Source: Eledone cirrhosa (Eukaryota). From it: DNA of 64,000 bases. Below are positions 59,422 to 64,000 of this stretch, one piece after another. Below the pieces are notes generated by a model. The model ran no database searches. It saw only the letters and a program-made list of their open reading frames with translations, and was not told where the DNA came from. Within the stretch, counting starts at the first letter, position 1, and each line of letters begins with the position of its first letter. Position numbers and translations under genes: made by a program. The DNA is taken from NCBI GenBank assembly GCA_964016885.1, contig OZ024741.1, forward strand, positions 235,042,001-235,106,000. Direction: 5' to 3'.

Positions 59422-59968
59422 CTGCTGCTACTGTTGTTTTTGTTGTTGTTGTTGTTGCTGCTGCTGCTGTTGTTGTTGTTGCTGCTGATGCTGCTGTTGC
59501 TGCTGTTGTTGTTGTTGTTGTTGCTGCTGCTGCTGTTGTTATTGTTGCTGTTGCTGTTGTTGTTGCTGCTGCTGTTGTTATTGTTGCTGTTGTTGTTGTT
59601 GTTGTTGTTGTTGTTCTGTTGCTGCTGGTACTATTGTTGTTGTTGTTAGCAACGGTAGCCATGTTAGTGATGACTGTATTGGTGGTGGTGAAAGTGGTGA
59701 AGTGAATGTTGAAGCTCTTCTTTGGAGAAGAAACTTCAGTATCCACAATGTTTTTATTTTAATTTCGGAGGGAGGGCACAAAACAAATGCAACTTTAGCC
59801 CTTTAGGGACTAAAGATAAGGGGAAAACGACCAACTCCCACGGATGTTTGTTCGTTTTAGATACAGAAATATTCAAAAATTAAAGTAAAACGGGTTTTTA
59901 TAATATGGGAAAACAACAAACTTACAAGAGCCGACACGTAGACGTCCAACGTAAACACGAACAATAAT
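58345..59968 (-). pseudogene. 5' part (UTR plus ORF1) of a distantly related Tx1 LINE with an expanded ACA/GCA tract
   Basis: Minus-strand translation FILNPMYLSRRTVRLRI..LNI*WIL..GINLEILLQVKPDQIEKIP..RIITEGKK aligns by eye with ORF1 FTFFPTYRGKRTQRIKI..VNIWWIL..GTSVEVLVQMSPERIANIP..NISVEGRR. Confidence 0.7.
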
Positions 59969-60600
59969 TGTCTCTACTTTAGGCACAAGGCCAGCAATTA
60001 CCCAGTGCATTACTGGTACTTTATTTTATCGACCCCGTAAGGATGAAAGGCAAAGTCAACCTCGGCGGGATTTGAACTCAGATCGTAAAGGGACGTAACT
60101 ATGCTTCAAAGCATGGCGTCCGACCCTCTACCGATACTGCCAATCCACCGCCCTAAACACGAACAATAATAATTGTTTCTTATATAGACACAAGGTCAGC
60201 AGTTTGGGAGAGAGGAAAGTCGATTAAATCGGCCCCAGTCTATGACTGGTACTTTATTTTATCGACCCTGTAAGAATGAAAGGCAAAGCTAATCTCGGTG
60301 GGATATGAAATCAGAACGTAAAGGGCCGTAACTCTATGCCACGAAACAGGGTGTCCGACGCTCTACCGATACTGCCAATCCACCGATCTTATAATAATGG
60401 TTTCTTATATAGACACAAGGCCAGTAATTTTTTTTAGGGGGGGGGGTCGATTAAATCGACCCCAGCGCATAACTGGTGCTTCATTTTATCGTCCCTGTAA
60501 GAATGAAAGACAAAGCTAACCCAGGCGGGATTTGAACTCAGAATGTAAAGGGCCGTAACTGTATACCACGAAGCATAGTGTCCAGCGCTCTACTGCTTCT
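59969..60600 (-). mobile_element. Three tandem S1 SINEs
   Basis: The first copy 59969-60153 has an exact 17-bp TSD TAAACACGAACAATAAT (59952-59968 and 60154-60170). Confidence 0.88.
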
Positions 60601-60605
60601 GCTAT

Positions 60606-60868
60606 GTATTAGCCACACAGGGCTCATACGAAGAAAACATTAAGGTCGGCACAGCGGGGGGGGGGGGGGGGACAGTGTGGGTTTTAGCGCGTAAAAAATT
60701 GTTTTAACAAAAGCATTTAAAAATTCAGACAAGATAAATTACTCAATGGAGGGAATTTCCGATGGTCACTCATGGAGAAAGCCGACAAAAAACCCAGAGT
60801 CACCCTGGTTGCTAGGACAAGTGCCCTCTCTCAGTATTTCTCTTCCAATCTATAGGTGCATGCTCTCT
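60606..60868 (-). mobile_element. Possible 3' UTR fragment of a Tx1-related LINE
   Basis: The terminus TATTAGCCACACAGGGC resembles TATTAGCCACAGGGGC at the 3' end of the 22025-23492 copy. Confidence 0.35.
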
Positions 60869-60869
60869 A

Positions 60870-62780
60870 TATCAAGTAACACCAAACTCCCCTTTCTCTC
60901 TATATCTACTACACGGAACTCTCTCCCAACCCCCGTCCCTATATCAATTACCACAAAACTCCTCTCTCTCTATATCTACCATACAACACTCTCTCATTCC
61001 CTCTCACTCTATCCATCACTACCAAACCCCCCTCTCTCTATATCTAACAACACTTATACTTATCTCTATCTATCCTCTCACTCTATCCATCACTACCAAA
61101 CCCCCCTCTCTCTATATCTAACAATACTTATACTTATCTCTATCTATTCTCCCACTCTATTCATTACCACCAAACTCCCCCTCTCCCAATCACCCTCTCT
61201 ATATCTACCATACAACACTCTCTCATTCCCTCTCACTCTATCCATCACTACCCCCCCCCCTCTCTATATATCTAACAATACTTATACTTATCTCTATCTA
61301 TCCTCCCACTCTATTCATTACCACCAAACTCCCCCTCTCCTAATCCCCCTCTCTATATCTACCATACAACACTCTTTCATTCCCTCTCACTCTATCCATC
61401 ACTACCCCCCCCCTCTCTATATATCTAACAATACTTATACTTATCTCTATCTATCCTCCCACTCTATTCATTACCACCAAACTCCCCCTCTCCTAATCCC
61501 CCTCTCTATATCTACCATACAACACTCTTTCATTCCCTCTCACTCTATCCATCACTACCCCCCCCCCTCTCTATATATCTAACAATACTTATACTTATCT
61601 CTATCTATCCTCCCACTCTATTCATTACCACCAAACTCCCCCTCTCCCAATCCCCCACTCTATATCTACCATACAACACTCTCTCATTCCCTCTCACTCT
61701 ATCCATCACTACCAAACCCCCCTCTCTCTATATCTAACAATACTTATACTTATCTCTATCTATCCTCTCACTCTATCCATCACTACCAAACCCCCCTCTC
61801 TCTATATCTAACAATACTTATACTTATCTCTATCTATTCTCCCACTCTATTCATTACCACCAAACTCCCCCTCTCCCAATCCCCCACTCTATATCTACCA
61901 TACAACACTCTCTCATTCCCTCTCACTCTATCCATCACTACCAAACCCCCCTCTCTCTATATCTAACAATACTTATACTTATCTCTATCTATCCTCCCAC
62001 TCTATTCATTACCACCAAACTCCCCCTCTCCCAATCCCCCTCTCTATATCTACCATACAACACTCTTTCATTCCCTCTCACTCTATCCATCACTACCCCC
62101 CCTCTCTCTATATATCTAACAATACTTATACTTATCTCTATCTATCCTCTCACTCTATCCATCACTACCAAACCCCCCCTCTCTCTATATCTAACAATAC
62201 TTATACTTATCTCTATCTATCCTCCCACTCTATTCATTACCACCAAACTCCCCCTCTCCCAATCCTCTTCTCTATATCTACCATACAACACTCTCTCATT
62301 CCCTCTCACTCTATCCATCACTACCCCCCCTCTCTCTATATATCTAACAATACTTATACTTATCTCTATCTATCCTCCCACTCTATTCATTACCACCAAA
62401 CTCCCCCTCTCCCAATCCCCCTCTCTATATCTACCATACAACACTCTCTCATTCCCTCTCACTCTATCCATCACTACCAAACTCTCCCCTTCTCTATATC
62501 TATCAATACATATCTCTATCATTCCTCTATATTCATTACCGCCAACCTCTCCCACTCTTTACATCTACCATACAACATACTCTCCCAATCTCCTCTCTAT
62601 ATCTACTACACGGAACTCTCTTTCAACCCCCCCCCCTCTCTATATCAATTAACGCCAAACTCTCCTCTCTCTATATATCAATAAATATCAATCTCTCCCC
62701 CTCTCTATATCTAATATACAACACACTCTCCCAACCTTCCTCTCTATATCAATTACCACCAAACTCTCCTCCTACCATCT
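60870..62780. repeat. CT-rich minisatellite with ~153-bp and ~229-bp higher-order units built from ~76-bp subunits
   Basis: ACCATACAAC recurs at spacings of about 230,153,153,154,229,155,228,153 bp. Confidence 0.92.
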
Positions 62781-62899
62781 ATCTCTACATAACATGTACA
62801 TAAATTGTAGCGCGTATACAAATAGATGTGTTTTAATAGTTTGGGGAGAAAAATATAATTATGAGGGGGGGGGGGGGGCTTTCCCCCTTCCAGTTCCAC

Positions 62900-64000
62900 C
62901 GCGGCTGTAATCTCCCAGTTTCACCTTGTCCTAGAGGACATACGAATAAATCAAGGAAATACAAACATGCAGCGGCCTGTGGGGAACCGAGAGGGTTGAC
63001 CTTCCTGGTCTGTAATCTTGGTCCACCTCTTTTGCACATCATCTTTCTTTTCTCCTCACCTGGTTTCCACTCCTCCCCCAAGTTCTAACTCCCCCCCCCC
63101 CCACTATCACCGCCATCGTCAAAAAGGGTCACCTTGGGACTCTATTTGCTTTTGTTCTAGATGGGAAACCTTTAGCCTATTACAATGTCGCTCTTCTTCG
63201 TTTTCACTGATGTTGATGAGGAGTTTAGTGGGAGGTGAGTTGATAACTGCTACGTTACTATTATTTTTCTGACTAGGGTGGTGCATTGGCAGTATCGGTA
63301 GAGGGTCGGACGCCATGCTTTGACGCATAGAGTTACGGCCCTTGCCATTCTGAGTTCAAATCCCGCCGAGGTTAACTTTGCCTTTCATCCTTACGGGGTC
63401 GATAAAATAAAGTACCAGTAATGCACTGGGATAATTGCTGGCCTTGTGCCAAAAGTAGAAACAATTATTTTTCTGACTAGAATCAAGCTCCACCGTTTCT
63501 GGCCTGTCATTACCTCCACACAGTTGAGCTACTGGAAAGCTATATATATTTATCTGGTATCGAACAGCAAACACCCATCGAGGCCTGTTCAATATGCAAT
63601 TATGATTTTATATTTTTATATTGCACCTCTGCTACCTGAGTTCATTGAATGACTTCCACACCCTCGTGTCTAAGAAAACAAACCTTCGTGTTTCACCTCG
63701 AAGTGATCGAACGCCATTTTCGCCGCTAGCACATCGATTGCTATGCCTCTTCTAATCGCGTCATCTGATTCGCTGGCTAGCTCCCTCACTAACATAATTT
63801 ATTGATATATCTTGTCGATTCTACTCAAATAACTCTCTTAAGAGGCTTCCGCTACTGGTTGTTGACGATCGCCTACCATGAATTCCCGTTTAACTAATCC
63901 GGTCACAGTAGGCTTTTTGCACTGGGAAGGCGCAGTCAGCTTCGAATAACGTGATCCCTGGCTGCATACCCTATTTAGCGGTTTGATTAAGATCACATTG
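62900..64000 (-). pseudogene. Possible highly decayed Tx1-type ORF1 interrupted by an S1 SINE
   Basis: Weak resemblance only: RGIAIDVLAAKM versus GGTSVEVLVQM, and a frameshifted EEWK.VRRKE versus EPFQQVKRKK. Confidence 0.25.
63277..63463 (+). mobile_element. S1 SINE, full length
   Basis: Exact 17-bp TSD ATTATTTTTCTGACTAG at 63260-63276 and 63464-63480. Confidence 0.93.

Noticed and set aside
60746-61582. 278-aa ORF
   Set aside because: It is a read-through of the CT-rich minisatellite.

Overview
This is a eukaryotic, repeat-saturated window that looks intergenic or deep-intronic, and no host protein-coding gene could be recognised. The tRNA-derived SINE families, extreme microsatellite density and LINE repertoire suggest a coleoid cephalopod (octopus-like) genome; this is inference. 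Most ORFs in the supplied track are translations of microsatellites. The real content is transposon-derived: (i) a same-orientation train of one 5'-truncated RTE LINE with three C-terminal C2H2 fingers and four short non-autonomous elements that share its 3' end, each joined by (TATG)n; (ii) a near full-length Tx1/L1-clade LINE plus several partial relatives, whose ORF1/ORF2 junction looks like a 39-nt in-frame intron; (iii) an R4/Dong-like RLE LINE with nested SINE and DD37D (maT) transposon insertions; (iv) hAT remnants and MITEs, non-autonomous Helitrons and many SINEs; (v) a well-formed minimal type I hammerhead ribozyme; (vi) large simple-sequence domains and several minisatellites. All alignments and folds were done by eye, and boundaries of degraded elements are approximate.
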